Of a stretch of 64,000 nt of DNA, positions 1 to 11,250 are shown in pieces. The stretch lies in assembly GCF_036321535.1 (NCBI RefSeq), contig NC_087437.1, positions 122,390,001 through 122,454,000 of the forward strand. The letters are read 5' to 3'. Source of the DNA: Camelus dromedarius (taxonomy: Eukaryota). The stretch's first letter is position 1; each line of letters opens with the position of its first letter. Under the pieces are notes generated by a model. That model saw only the letters and a program-made list of their open reading frames with translations, was not told the origin of the DNA and searched no databases. The translations under genes and the position numbers were made by a program.

Positions 1-590
1 CAGACTGTGATACACCTGTTTCCCAACAGCCTCGTTAACACAGTCTCATCACACTTTGGAATTTTTAGCATCTCGTTTCTCTAGGGTCAGAACCCGGGAG
101 TAGCGTGGTTAGATCCTGTGGTAGGTGTGTGTTTAGCCTGTTAAAAATCTGCCAAAAACTGTTTTCCAAAGTGGATGTATCATTTTGCATTCCCACCAGC
201 AATACAAATTCAGCAATAAAAAGGAATGGCATTCAAGATGTAGGGGAGCCTTATGTCCACATTGCTAAGTTGAAAGATGCCAGTCTGAGAGGCTACAACC
301 TTAAGATTCCATTTATATAACGTCTGGAAAAGGTACAACTATAGAGGCTGTGAACGGATCAGTGGCTGCTGGAGGTTGGTGGAGGGGAGAATTAAACAGG
401 GGAAACGTGGGGGTTTTTAGAGCAGTGTAACTATTCTGTATGGTAATGTCAGTTAAAAAACCAGAAAGTATTTGCATGCAAGTTAGAAATGTCATTCAGG
501 AGATTGGGGGATCCCAGGATGGAACTCAAGAGTGTAACAAAAGTCCCTGACTGCATTCCAAGGTGTGAGACCACCTCCCTGTGGGGTGGG
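1..590. mobile_element. Old L1 fragments (antisense about 1-205; sense L1MC-like 3' UTR about 206-590)
   Basis: L1-typical strings ttttgcattcccaccagcaat, cagcaataaaaaggaatg, gattccatttatataacgtctggaaaagg, ggatcccaggatggaa; boundaries approximate. Confidence 0.6.
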
Positions 591-1787
591 GGTGAGTCTG
601 AGGACTGAGGGCAGAGCGACCTGCTCACAGGCACGTGCTCTGGTTGAGGGAGTTGCTCCCATGGGACGCAGGTTGACACTAGTGACCTGGCTGTTAGGTG
701 CTGGGCCTGGAGCTTAGAGGGGGTTCGGTGGGGCCAGGTGTCTGCAGCCCTGATGGCCTCTGAGTCACCTGCAGGGTCAACCTTCCCCTTCCTTGAAGGA
801 CAGTCCTGTTCCCAGTGGGTGGCTCTGTTGTCCTGTCAAATCCCAGAGGTGACACCTTCCTGTGTCCCCTCCCGCTTTCTCCACCCACTCTGTCCTGATG
901 GGCAGCATCTCCAGTCCTGGCCTCTGCTAAGGCGGCTGGTCAACCCCATGTTCGCGCCACCATCTCCTTATGAAACAAGGGTCCAGCCACCCGCAGTGTT
1001 CTCTCCGGAGCACGCATCTCCTGCTTTGCTCAGGATTGACCAAACCTTCCAGTCCTGGTTCTTTTTGCTTAACCGTTCCTTCAGCTTCCCTCTCCTCCCA
1101 CACTTTACCTTCAGCTGGAAGAGAAGCCGGCAGCTCCCTCAGCACCCTGCTTGGGAGTCTCCTCCGTTAAACAGCCAGGCCTGCCCTCCCCCCGACGGGA
1201 GAGCCCAGCCCAGCCAGGCCCGCCTTCCCCCAGGTGGGAGACCCGGGCCCAGCCAGGTCCCCCGCATGTTATGACAGGATGACCTTCTGTCCAGTTTCTG
1301 GTTGCTCACTCCCTGTTTCTGTCTGAGGTCTCCCTTCCAAATCATTGTAAACTTATGGGTCAAAACTATGGGAGAAAAATTCATTGGAAAACTTTAAACT
1401 CAAGTTTGAGAAAAGAAATTGAAAATACTATTCTGCAAATTAAGGAAAAGATTTATCTAAAAGAAAATCTTGAAGGATGAAATACTTGAATTTATACAAA
1501 ATTAAGAGCTTCGAAAATGTGCATGAATCTGAAAGAACAGAATTTGTTGAGAAACTAAAATGTAGTGATTTAAGCGTTAAGCCCATGGTAAATGACTTGA
1601 AGCAGCAGAATCCCTTAAGAAGAGGGCAGCAGCGTCATTAGGGGAACGAGTCACAGTGAAGATGCTGAGAGCTTGAGAGCTGTGGGGAAGAGCGCAGAGG
1701 GGGTGGTGGGAGTGGAGGGGCTGGAAGGGCCTGAGGCTGTGCCCTGGGCGCTGCAGTAAGTGCTCTTCCCTGGCCCTTCCCTCTCAG

Positions 1788-1880
1788 CTGGAGGACCCTG
1801 ACCCGGAGAGGACCGAGGACTCAGAGCCGCAGCAGAAGCTGGATGGCGACCATCTGGAACAGCCTGGGGTCATCACAAAG
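1788..1880 (+). CDS. PCNT: PCNT exon (about human exon 3), 93 nt, phase 0-0
   Basis: cccttccctctcag|CTGGAGGAC...ATCACAAAG|gtattc; LEDPDPERTEDSEPQQKLDGDHLEQPGVITK resembles recalled human PEDCDGEKRED...DHPPEQ..GMFTK. Confidence 0.8.
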
Positions 1881-2431
1881 GTATTCTTCTCCAAGATTCT
1901 GTAATAAGGTGTGCCCTTGTGGGAAGATTCTTCCCCGCGTGGTAGAAACCCAAGCCAGAGAGGTGGAAACCGGGCCGAGAAGCTGGAGGCCTCGCTTCCT
2001 GAGTTGCCCCCTGAGTCTTGCCTCCTGAGTCGCCCTGCACGGAAGGTCTCCTTGAATCTGCGGTCTTGTGCCCTTTGATCGCATCTCCTGGATGCTGAAG
2101 GGAGGAGTTGCTGCTCACGCATCAGGGTGGCTGTCACTGCTCAGGTGCTTCCTGGGCCCTGCCCTCGTGGCCCTCTTGTTGGTCATGTGCGTGTGTGGCA
2201 GGGCTCCAGCAGGAGTGTGCGGGTGTGTCACCTGGAGACACGCAGGGAGGAGAGCTTGTGGGCTTGTGGACAGTCTTACTGTCCCAGTTTCTGCACAGTG
2301 CGTGGTGTGGATTCCATGTGTTGCATTGATTACTTTTCTTTAATTGATTCAGTTTTGTTAGCACTTGGAGGAAAGTGTATTAGATACTGACCAATTTCAA
2401 AGTGCTATGTTAAAAGTCTTCGTTTTCTTCT

Positions 2432-2562
2432 ATTTTATTTTTCTTTTTATTGAAGTTTGGTCAATTTACAATATTATGTTGGTTTCAAGTGTACAGCACA
2501 GTGATTCAGTAGTTTTATAGATTATACTCCATTAAAATTAGTACAAAATAATGGCTATAATT
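2432..2562 (-). mobile_element. L1 3' end fragment
   Basis: tttttattgaagtttggtcaatttacaatattatg...gtgtacagcacagtgattcag is the reverse complement of a laurasiatherian L1 tail. Confidence 0.75.
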
Positions 2563-3359
2563 GAAATTCTAAATTTTAGACATTTGCTTCTAGCTAGACT
2601 TTTCAGGCAGTGAGCAGTTTTGGCTTTTAATCTGCATTTTTGCATAGCAGGGCCTGGAGAAAAGGTGTCTCGTGGGATCATAAAACCTACCCTTAACAAC
2701 ACACTTGTGTGCTTGTTTTAAACTCTGACTTGTAGCGTCCGTGTGGAAATGTACAGAAGACTTCCGCGCAGCCCAGCGTGAACGCATTGTCCCTCTGCAG
2801 GTCAGCAGCAGCAGGGCGGTGCTGGACCCCCGGCCCCAGCAGGCCCTGACATGGGCGCCGTCCTGGCTTCTGTGCCGGTTGTGCTGCAGAGCCGTGTGTG
2901 AATGGGTCAGATGGGGCTCTGGTCTCTCCTTGCCTGTATTTCAGATGTCTCTGCACCTTATGTTTGGGGCGTGTGACTGGCGAACTGTGTGGGTGGTTTC
3001 TAAGTGATTCTGTCTTTTCACTGGGCAGTGAACTGTCTGACGTCTGATGTAGTCACCACGGTGCCTGCACTTATGCCAGACGTTTAGTTTGGCCTTTCTT
3101 TTGTCCTGCCTGTTTTCTTTTATTTCTCCTTTTTCGCCTTCTTTGGATTGTTTTTTATCAGGGGGTTGGAAAAAATTCTCCCTTTACACATGTTGAAGTA
3201 GTAATGTATGGTTTCTGTTCTTTGAGTGGAGGGCTTATTAAACACAGCACTTCATCTGCGTCTAAATTTAATCAGCAGTTCACTTTCACCTGGCTTAGTT
3301 AAATACTCAAACTCCGTTTATACTTCCTTAAGCCTACGTTCTCGTCATGGTCTTCTTCT

Positions 3360-4105
3360 TAATTGTAGAATATACAATATTCTACAATATTGTGCCATTT
3401 TGACCATTTTTTGGTGGGCGGCTCAGTGGTGGTAATACATTCGTAATGCTGTGCAACCGTCCCATCATCATCTCCAGAGCTCTTGGTACCTTGTGAAGTG
3501 GAAACTCTGCCCATGAAACAGCATCCCCCACCCCCGGCCCCCGGCCCCCGGCCGCCGCCACTCTCCTCCCGTCTGATGCTGATGGCTCTGCGTGCCTCGT
3601 GTACGCAGGCTCAGGTAGCTGTCCTCTGTGACGGCACAGTTCCCTGCACATGACCCCCTCCAGGCCCGTGCATGTGGCAGCCTGTGTCAGAGTGCTGTTC
3701 CTTTTTAAGGCTGAATAATAGTTCACCGTGTGGTTAGACAATGTCTGGCGCGTCTGTTCCTGTCTGCAGACAGTTGAGTTGCTTCCACATCCCAGCCGCT
3801 GAGGAGCTGGGTGTGGGAAGATGATCTCTTTGAGACCCTGTGTCGGTTCTTCTGCATATGTGTGTTCCCAGACATGGGGCGGTTGGTCATGTAGAAGTTC
3901 TGGTTTTGATTTTTTGAGAAACCACCACACTGTTTTGTGCAGCAGCTGCACCACGTTACATTCTTACCAGCTGCGCACAGAAGTTCTGTTCCTCCACGCC
4001 CTTCCCGGCACCTGCTCTCGGTGTCTTTGGAAGTGGCCGTCGTCGCAGGCGTGCAGTGCTTTGTGTGCATTTCTCTTTTTAAAAACAATTTCTGACCCCT
4101 CGATT
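3360..4105 (-). mobile_element. Old L1 (L1MB-like) 3' region, GC-eroded
   Basis: ttccttttttaaggctgaataatagttc; minus-strand translation WWFLKKSKPELLHDQP resembles the L1 ORF2 C-terminus. Confidence 0.8.
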
Positions 4106-4178
4106 GGTCCTGCCGCCACCCAGGTGGGAGGCACGGTGTGCCCGGGTGGCGCCGCCCCACGACGCCCTCTCCCTGCAG

Positions 4179-4401
4179 CCGCTGCCGCCCCTGGAGCTGG
4201 AGGCACTGCGCCTGAGCCTGAGCGACCTTCACGCGGCGCAGCTGGAGCTGACGCAGGCCAACCTGCAGCGGGAGAAGGAGACGGCGCTGACCGAGCTGCG
4301 CCAGATGCTCAACAGCCGGCACGCCCAGGAGCTGGCGCTGCTGCGCAGCCAGACGCGGCGGGAGCTAGAGGAGATGGCGCTGCATCACAGCCGGGAGACA
4401 G
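4179..4401 (+). CDS. PCNT: PCNT exon (about exon 5), 223 nt, phase 0-1
   Basis: ctctccctgcag|CCGCTG...GAGACAG|gtatgt; PLPPLELEALRLSLSDLHAAQLELTQANLQREKE. Confidence 0.92.
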
Positions 4402-4684
4402 GTATGTGGGCGGCGCGGGGCGGCCCGAGGCTGCAGTTCCTATGCTCCGCTGGCCCGGCGCTGCGTCCCGCTCGGCTGTCTCCGCACCTGGCGCCGCACT
4501 CCGGCCCTCGACAGGCTGTGTGGTTTCCGGGCCATCAGCGGAGGTGCCTAGCTCACACTGCCCCTCACTGGGCCCGGACCACCTCTCCATGGGCTGATTC
4601 TCTGGCCTTGACGTATACTTTTGTTTTCATTTTAATGTTTCTTGGTATATTTTTTTGTTAGTCACTACTCTTTGTACAAGTCAG

Positions 4685-4905
4685 TTTTTTACAAAACAGC
4701 TTTACCGAGCTGTAATTCACGTACCATGTGATTCACACGTTTGAAGTGTTTAAAGGGAGCACTCGGTGGCTTTTCGTGGATCCACGGGGTTGGGCAAGCA
4801 TATCCAGTCTGCATTTAGGACATTCTTCACCCCTAAGGAGACCCTGTGCCCGTTTCCCTGCTCTCCTGCCCGTTTGCTGAGCAGCCTCCCTCTCCCGGGG
4901 ACCCG
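4685..4905 (-). mobile_element. Old L1 3' UTR fragment
   Basis: acagctttaccgagctgtaattcacgtaccatgtgattcacacgtttgaagtgt. Confidence 0.65.
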
Positions 4906-5721
4906 CCCACCCAGAGGAGCAGCCCCGCGGGCCCTTCAGCGCCTCCTGCTTCTTCATGTGGGTTCAGGCATTGTTGCTCGTTCTCCCCTGCTTTTGTTAA
5001 ATTTTTAAAATTTGAAACATGGCTACCTTAGTCAAGCCTGTTCCAAGGCTGTTTTCTCCAGGTGCAGCTGCAGAAACAGGCCCGCGGAGAAGCCCACCTG
5101 ACTCTCCGCTCCCTGAGGCTCTGCCGGGGGTGGGAGGAGGGGTCCTGTGGACCCCGCCCGGTGGTGCCATCCTTCCCAGCTACACCCCCACTGTGCACCC
5201 CTTTCCTCCACACTCAGCCCGCCATCTGGCCTAGCCCCCCCTCCCTCCTCTGTCCCTGGTGCCCGCACCTCTTTGCTGGTGTGTCCTCCCTCTCGGGTGG
5301 AGAGCTGTTGGGCCCTGCTCCGTTTACTTTTCTTCCACCGCCTAGCCTGGAACCTGGCTTGGAGGGATCCTGGACCACAGGGCTGGGAGCGGAGTGGACG
5401 GGCTGAGGTCCTCTTGACCAGAGGGCATGGGCTCAGGGCACAGTGGTCTGTGCAGCCCCAGGGCCAGCCTTGCCTGCTTCTCCTGGATTGTCTTGTGGGC
5501 TGGATTCTCCTGTCCTCTGCTGTGACATGAATATGATTTGCTAATTAAACTGGACATCGTCACCTTGTTTCTCACAGATGTGTCCCACTGTCCTGTTAAT
5601 GTTGGCAGGGGTTTGGTGGAGCGGCTGGTGGTGCTGGGAGCCCTCTCGCCTCCTAGGGGATCAGACTGTGGAACAGTCTGAGCCTCGGGAATCTGAGCGA
5701 CTTTCTTCGTTTCTCTTGCAG

Positions 5722-5777
5722 CTGAGCTGAAGGAAAAGCTACAGTCGGAAGTGGAGAAAAACGCCCAGATGATAGAG
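5722..5777 (+). CDS. PCNT: PCNT exon (about exon 6), 56 nt
   Basis: ttctcttgcag|CTGAGCTG...ATAGAG|gtgctg; (A)ELKEKLQSEVEKNAQMIE. Confidence 0.92.
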
Positions 5778-6774
5778 GTGCTGGGATGGGAAAGTGTGGT
5801 TCTGTGCACGCGGTGTTTTTCCTCCTCCCTCCCTCCTACGGGCCCCGCCCGGGCTCCTCACCTCAGTTCTGACAAAGCCCGGTTGAAGCTCAAGCTGCGT
5901 CAGTGGGAGCAGGACATGCTCCTTTCCCAGAGCAGCTCGTCCCGCGGTGTCTGTGGCCCGTATGACTCGAGGCTCTCCACCCTGCCTGGTTTCCTGGGCG
6001 GCCCCACGGCTTGGCCCTGGCTGTGCGCCGGCACACCGTGGTCTGGGTGGACGGCCCTGGGGACTCGGGGGATGTGGCGTGGGACCAGCGTGCTGGCCGC
6101 GCCTTGTGGCCGTCCTGCTGCTCCCGCACCGCGCCCCTTCGGGGGCAGGAGCTCTGTTTTAGGGCCTTTTCTAGGAAGACTGTCACTGAACTCCTGGTCC
6201 TTGTGACCTGCCCCTTTCTCAGGGCTACGTCTGTAAAAGAGCTGTTGGCACTGGTGGCGGCGGAGGATGTGGGGGTGGGGCGCGGGTGACGCTGGAGGAC
6301 ATGTGAGACGTCAGAGCATGCGGACGTTTGTGTCCTGGCCACGCTGGCCAGGCCATCCGTGGGGGAGGGCTGTGCCCTGCCCCCTCCCTCTGAGCTGGAC
6401 CGAGAGGGCTCGTTTCTCAGGGCTCTTGGGACAGAGCCCGGCGCTGGCAGCTTAGGGGTGTCGCAGTGGCGCCTGGGTCTTGGTAGGGGATGGGGGCCTG
6501 ACCATCGGCCGAGTTGTGTGCGTTTGCTCAGAGCCTGGTTCTGTTTGTGGCAGGCGGTCCTCGCTCTTGTCCTGGCTGTTTGCCTGCAGGTGCTTCTGCT
6601 TCTGTCCCTCTAGAGTAGGGGGGCCGTTGACTGGACCTTCCTAGCCGGGTCCTGGGCTGCTGGTCTGGCCTCGGTGGGGTGACCGCCCACCCAGGGTTTC
6701 AGACGCATTGTTGATGTTTCTTACTGTGGAGCATCTGCTGTTGGTGGTCATCTCCCTTTTCCTTATTTAACTAG

Positions 6775-6949
6775 ACCCTGAAGCAGGACTGGGAATCCGA
6801 GAGAAGTAAGTGCTTGGAAAACCTACGCCGAGAATTACTGGAAAAGCATCAGTCAGAACTGGAGAATTTACAAAACCAGTATAAGAAAGAATTGGCAGAA
6901 CAGAAAGCTGAGTTGGAGAAGATTTTTCACGCCCAAAATCAGGCTGAAC
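6775..6949 (+). CDS. PCNT: PCNT exon (about exon 7), 175 nt
   Basis: tttaactag|ACCCTG...GCTGAAC|gtgagt; TLKQDWESERSKCLENLRRELLEKHQSELENLQ. Confidence 0.95.
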
Positions 6950-7373
6950 GTGAGTATCTAACTGAAACGAGCAAGTGAGGAAGGGACTGCGCTCTCCTGT
7001 GTGGCCGGAGCGCAAACGCCCTGCGGCTGGCTGGGTGGCGCAGCGTCAGCCTCGGGTCCCCCCTTGGTCACAAGCCCCTCCAGGTTCCTAACCCTCCTGG
7101 AGGCCTTCGTTTCGGAGAGATTTCCTGCGTGTTCTGCTGCTGAATTGCTGCCCAAGAAGCACCACGCGATTGTTCACGCTTTGCCCTGGGTTGCCTGTTG
7201 CTCGGCGATAGGTGCCGTCTGTGGGTCAGCCGGCCTGCGTCCCCGCCCTCTGTCCCCAGAGGGAGCAGGGTTCTGAGAACGGGGTCTGGAAGGAGCCGGG
7301 GCGCCCTGCACAGCTGCCGGCGCTGAGGGGGACGCTGGGTCACAGGCTGAGCGAGGTCCATGCCCGCCCCCAG

Positions 7374-7510
7374 TTTCCCTCCGGACTCAGGAGGCTCAGC
7401 ACGAAGTGGCCCTGAGGCAGCTACGCGCGGACCTGCAGCGTGAGCGTGTCCAGTGCCTGGAGGACCTGGAGCTGAAGTTCAGAGAAGGGGAAAAGGAGAG
7501 CCAGCTGGAG
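7374..7510 (+). CDS. PCNT: PCNT exon (about exon 8), 137 nt
   Basis: cgcccccag|TTTCCCTC...CTGGAG|gtaggc; SLRTQEAQHEVALRQLRADLQRERVQCLEDLELKF. Confidence 0.92.
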
Positions 7511-7624
7511 GTAGGCAGGCGCTCCTGGGTCTGAGTGTCAGTGTGGGCGGGGTCTGGGCTTGGGGTCGTTGTGCATTCTTTGTTGGCCAGAACTTAAGCC
7601 CTGATTGACACACACGCGTGTGTG

Positions 7625-8452
7625 TATTTATTTAACGGTGGTATAGTTGGTTTACAACTTTATGTAAGTTCTAGGTGTACAACACAGTGATTCACAATTT
7701 TTAAAGATTATACTCCATTTATAGTCACTGTAAGATAATGGCTACATCCTGGTAGAGTATTTTATACGTAGTAGTTTGTACTGTTTTTAAATTTTGTTTA
7801 CTTATGTATTTAATTGACACTACCATATTTTAAAAATTTAAATATAATTGATGTGCAATATTGCATGTTATAGGTGTGCAATTTAGTGGTTTCCAGTTTT
7901 TAAAGGCTGTGCTCCACTTACGGTTGTTGTAAAATACTGGCTGTTCCCACGCTGCACACACTTCCATGTACTTACTGTTATCTGATGGTTTGTGCCTCTT
8001 GATCCTCCACCTCGCCCCTCCCGCTTCCCTCTCCCTGCGGGAAACCACTAGCTTGTTGTCTGCATCTGTGAGTCTGTTTCTGTTTTGTGTATATACCTGT
8101 CTGTGTATGTTTTAGGTTCCACATGAAGCGATACACAGTATTTCTCAGCCTGACTTATTTCACTTAGCACGATGCACTCTAAGTCCATCCACGTTGATGA
8201 AAATGGCAACATTTAATTCTTTTTTATGGCTGAGTAGTATTCCATTGTATAAATTTACATTTTCTTTATCCAGTCATCTGTAGATGGACACTTAGTTTGC
8301 TCCCGTGTCTTGGCTGTTGTAAATAGTGCTGCTGTGAGCACTGGGGTGCCGGTGTCTTTTTGAATTAGTGTTCATTTTTTCCCTTACTCAGGAGTGGAAT
8401 TGCTGGGTCATATGGGAGTTCTATTTTTTGGTTTTTTAAGGGACCTCCATAT
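7625..8452 (-). mobile_element. Stacked L1 3' ends
   Basis: tttttatggctgagtagtattccattgtat; minus translation [13 protein letters not shown] (L1 ORF2 C-terminus). Confidence 0.85.
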
Positions 8453-8659
8453 TTTAAGCCTTTATTTAAAAAGACTCTCAGCATTTGGTGGAGCTGGTAG
8501 GTAACCAGGTCAGGACATAGAATCTGTGGGTTTGACCTACGTGGCATTCAGCCCTGCATGTGAGAACTCGTGTTCTTGGCACTTGGCCCACTTAGTGTCG
8601 TGGGCCCTGCCCCAGGGGCTGGGTCAGTCGGGCCCCACATTGTCGTCCTCCTCTTCTAG

Positions 8660-8771
8660 TTAGAGAACCTCCGGGTGTCCTACGAGGAGCTGCAGGCCCA
8701 GTCACAGGAGGAGATCCAGCGCCTGTGGGTCCAGCTGGAGTCTGCCCGGTCCAGCAGGCAGGAGCTGAGTG
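8660..8771 (+). CDS. PCNT: PCNT exon (about exon 9), 112 nt
   Basis: ctcttctag|TTAGAG...CTGAGTG|gtgagg; LENLRVSYEELQAQSQEEIQRLWVQLESARSSRQELS. Confidence 0.95.
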
Positions 8772-10245
8772 GTGAGGAGCCTTGTGTTGAAAATTCAGGT
8801 CCACGAACAGCTGTATTTGTAACTGTTGAAACCCCCAGCTGGAATCTGATGGCTTTGAAAACCCCAGAAAGTGATTTGTAAACTTCCGTGGAGACTGACG
8901 TCTGTGGCTTCAGGGTGGAAATTGTGGGTGGGCGGCCTTGGCTTCATCGCAGACGAGTCAGGCATGTCGGGAAGCCCATGTCTCTCCTGCGCTAACTGCA
9001 CACTGTTCATGTGTGAGGCAGGGCTTGCGGGTGGGCTTGGTTGGGCACCGTTCTCAGTGGGCGTTCAGGGTCGCAGATGTGCCTTGCTGCCTCCTGGGTC
9101 CCGTGAGCTCCCCTGGGCAGGTGTGCTCAGGCCCCTGTGGCCTGGCTCTGGTCTTGGAGGAGAGTGACGCCACATTTGCTGAGGGCAGCTTAGCCGGGTT
9201 CTCCTTCTGACTCACACCTGCCTCTGCCTCCTGAGAAGCCAGAGGATCTGTTCTTGCAGGAGATGCCTTCGGGGTGGTTGGGGGAGGTCATGAGACTCAG
9301 GGCAGAGAAACGGGGGCTTTCCTGCCCCCGCTCACCAGATGGCCTGTGACATCTAGAACTGCCTGGGGAGGGTGAGTGTTACTAGGAACAAACAGAGTTA
9401 GGAGAAAGGACCTGAAACTACACTGGACGTTCTGGCGGGTGGGTGAGCCCAGCACCTGGTCTGTGGGTCACTGATGAGGCCGTGGGCAGCGCTCGTGGAC
9501 TGGTGGCTTCATGTGTGCTATCACACGTGTTTCAGCGTGTGCGTGTTCCACTGGAAATCCTCAGGCTTGCCTGTAAGGGCCCTCCAGGGAACTGTGATTT
9601 GGAGTACGGGATAGTTACCTATTTCCATCTATGTTGTTTGAAAGCTAGTCCCTGGCTGTGGTAGACCGGCTGGCAGCATCCTCTTCATCAGAGGAGTGGT
9701 GGTGCCAGTTCTCTTGTGGTCTGTGTTACCGGTCGTTGCTGCTAACAAAGCACCGCCAGCCCAGCAGCTTACAGCCGCCACGCGCAGTGGCAGGAGGCCT
9801 GAGGTGGAGTCCCCTGCAGCCGAAGTCCGGGTGTCGGGCCGCCCTTTGACCTGCTCCCTCGGGTTGTGGCGGAACCCAGGCCCTGTGGTTGTGGGACCGA
9901 GGTCCTGCTCTCCTGCTGGTCTTCAACCTACAGGCTGCCCACTGCCCACGTTCCCTGCCCTGCGGCCCCTCTGCCTTCAGAGCCCCCAGCGGCACGTGGA
10001 ATGTTCCTCACACTTTGGTCCCTCTGACTCTGCCACCAGCTGCCGATGCACTCTGCCCCTGGGGGCCCGGGGCCCACTGAGGCCACCCAGCTGGCCTCCC
10101 CGTGAGGCCCCCGTGTCAGTTCATGGGCTCTGTGACTGGGGCCCCTTTTTACAAGTCTTCTCTGTACACATCCCAGGTCTTAACTGTCTCCTGGTTTTCC
10201 CTGAGTGTTTCGTTTTAAGATGATCGTTAATTCCGTCCCGTAAAG

Positions 10246-10489
10246 AGTTACACGACCAGCTCCTGGCCCGCACTTCCCACGTGGAGGAGTTGGAGCGTCT
10301 GAGGCGGGACTTCGAGCAGCAGCAGCAGCAGGAGAGGACCAAGCATGAGTCTGAGCTGGGACAGCTGAGGATTTACTTTGAAAAGAAATTAAGGGAGGCT
10401 GAGAAAGATTACCAGGAAGACCTGGCCCTGTTCCAGCAGCGGCTGCAGGAGATGGAGGAGGACTCTCTGCTGGAGTCTGTGCAGATCAG
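10246..10489 (+). CDS. PCNT: PCNT exon (about exon 10), 244 nt
   Basis: cccgtaaag|AGTTACAC...ATCAG|gtagac; LHDQLLARTSHVEEL...HESELGQLRIYFEKKLREAEKDYQEDL; contains (CAG)5. Confidence 0.95.
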
Positions 10490-10879
10490 GTAGACATGGC
10501 AGTTTCCACCTTAACCTTGTTTTTGGAATCGGCACCTTGAGCTGAATAGGAGTCTAGTGTGGTCTGTGATTTATGCCAGTGCAGGCAAGGCACCTTTTGT
10601 TTTAGAAACACTTGATATTTGGGTCTCGGAACAAGATGTCATATGAGCTGCGAGCTGGTCTGCTCCTCGTGCTGGGCTGTGGGTGGGTGGGCTGCTGGGT
10701 CCCCGCGTCTCCCCCGGGCTGTGCCGCTCGCTGAGTTGTCACTGTCATGGTCAGATCTGCACAGCTGTCGGTCGTCCTGTCCTCGGCACAGAAGTAGGAT
10801 CCCAGGGACAAAGCTGGGATCGGTGGGAAGGTGCCACGTGGGAAGGTCTTAAAATGTATTTCTCCCTCAATTCATCCAG

Positions 10880-10955
10880 GGCCCCTTCAGAAGAGATGTC
10901 TGGAAAAGAGAGAGACCACCTCGATCAGCTCAGCCTTCATCTGGAGCAGCACGAG
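10880..10955 (+). CDS. PCNT: PCNT exon (about exon 11), 76 nt; acceptor probably shifted
   Basis: caattcatccag|GGCCCCT...CACGAG|gtgacc; APSEEMSGKERDHLDQLSLHLEQHE; phase 2-0 fits both neighbours. Confidence 0.8.
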
Positions 10956-11059
10956 GTGACCGGCGGCCTTGCGTTCTGTTGAGGGATAGCGGACGTGTAA
11001 CGTTCATTTTGGGCGCACAGCATAATGGCTCCCTGCCTGGCTGTGTCGTGAGGCAGTCG

Positions 11060-11250
11060 CCACACAGTTGTCATTTTTTTCCCCTTGTGGTGAGAATTTT
11101 TAAGACCTACTCTCTTAACAGCTTTCAGACACAGAATAGAGTATTCCTGACTGGCGCCCCCAGGACTTGTTTACCTCTGACTAGAGGTTTGTGTCTTTTG
11201 ACCCTTCACCCATTTCACCCTCGCCGACCCCTGGCCACTGTCTCTGGCTG
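11060..11250 (-). mobile_element. L1MA-like 3' fragment
   Basis: ttgtggtgagaatttttaagacctactctcttaacagctttc. Confidence 0.65.

Noticed and set aside
2736..2800. Exon-like segment ttgtag|CGTCC...CTGCAG|gtcagc (65 nt)
   Set aside because: Length is not frame-compatible between phase-0 neighbours and I cannot support homology. At best a weak fossil candidate.
3723..4322. Antisense ORFs over PCNT exons (also 39590-40072, 44486-44842, 55472-56266)
   Set aside because: Shadow frames caused by CTG/CAG/GAG codon bias on the coding strand.
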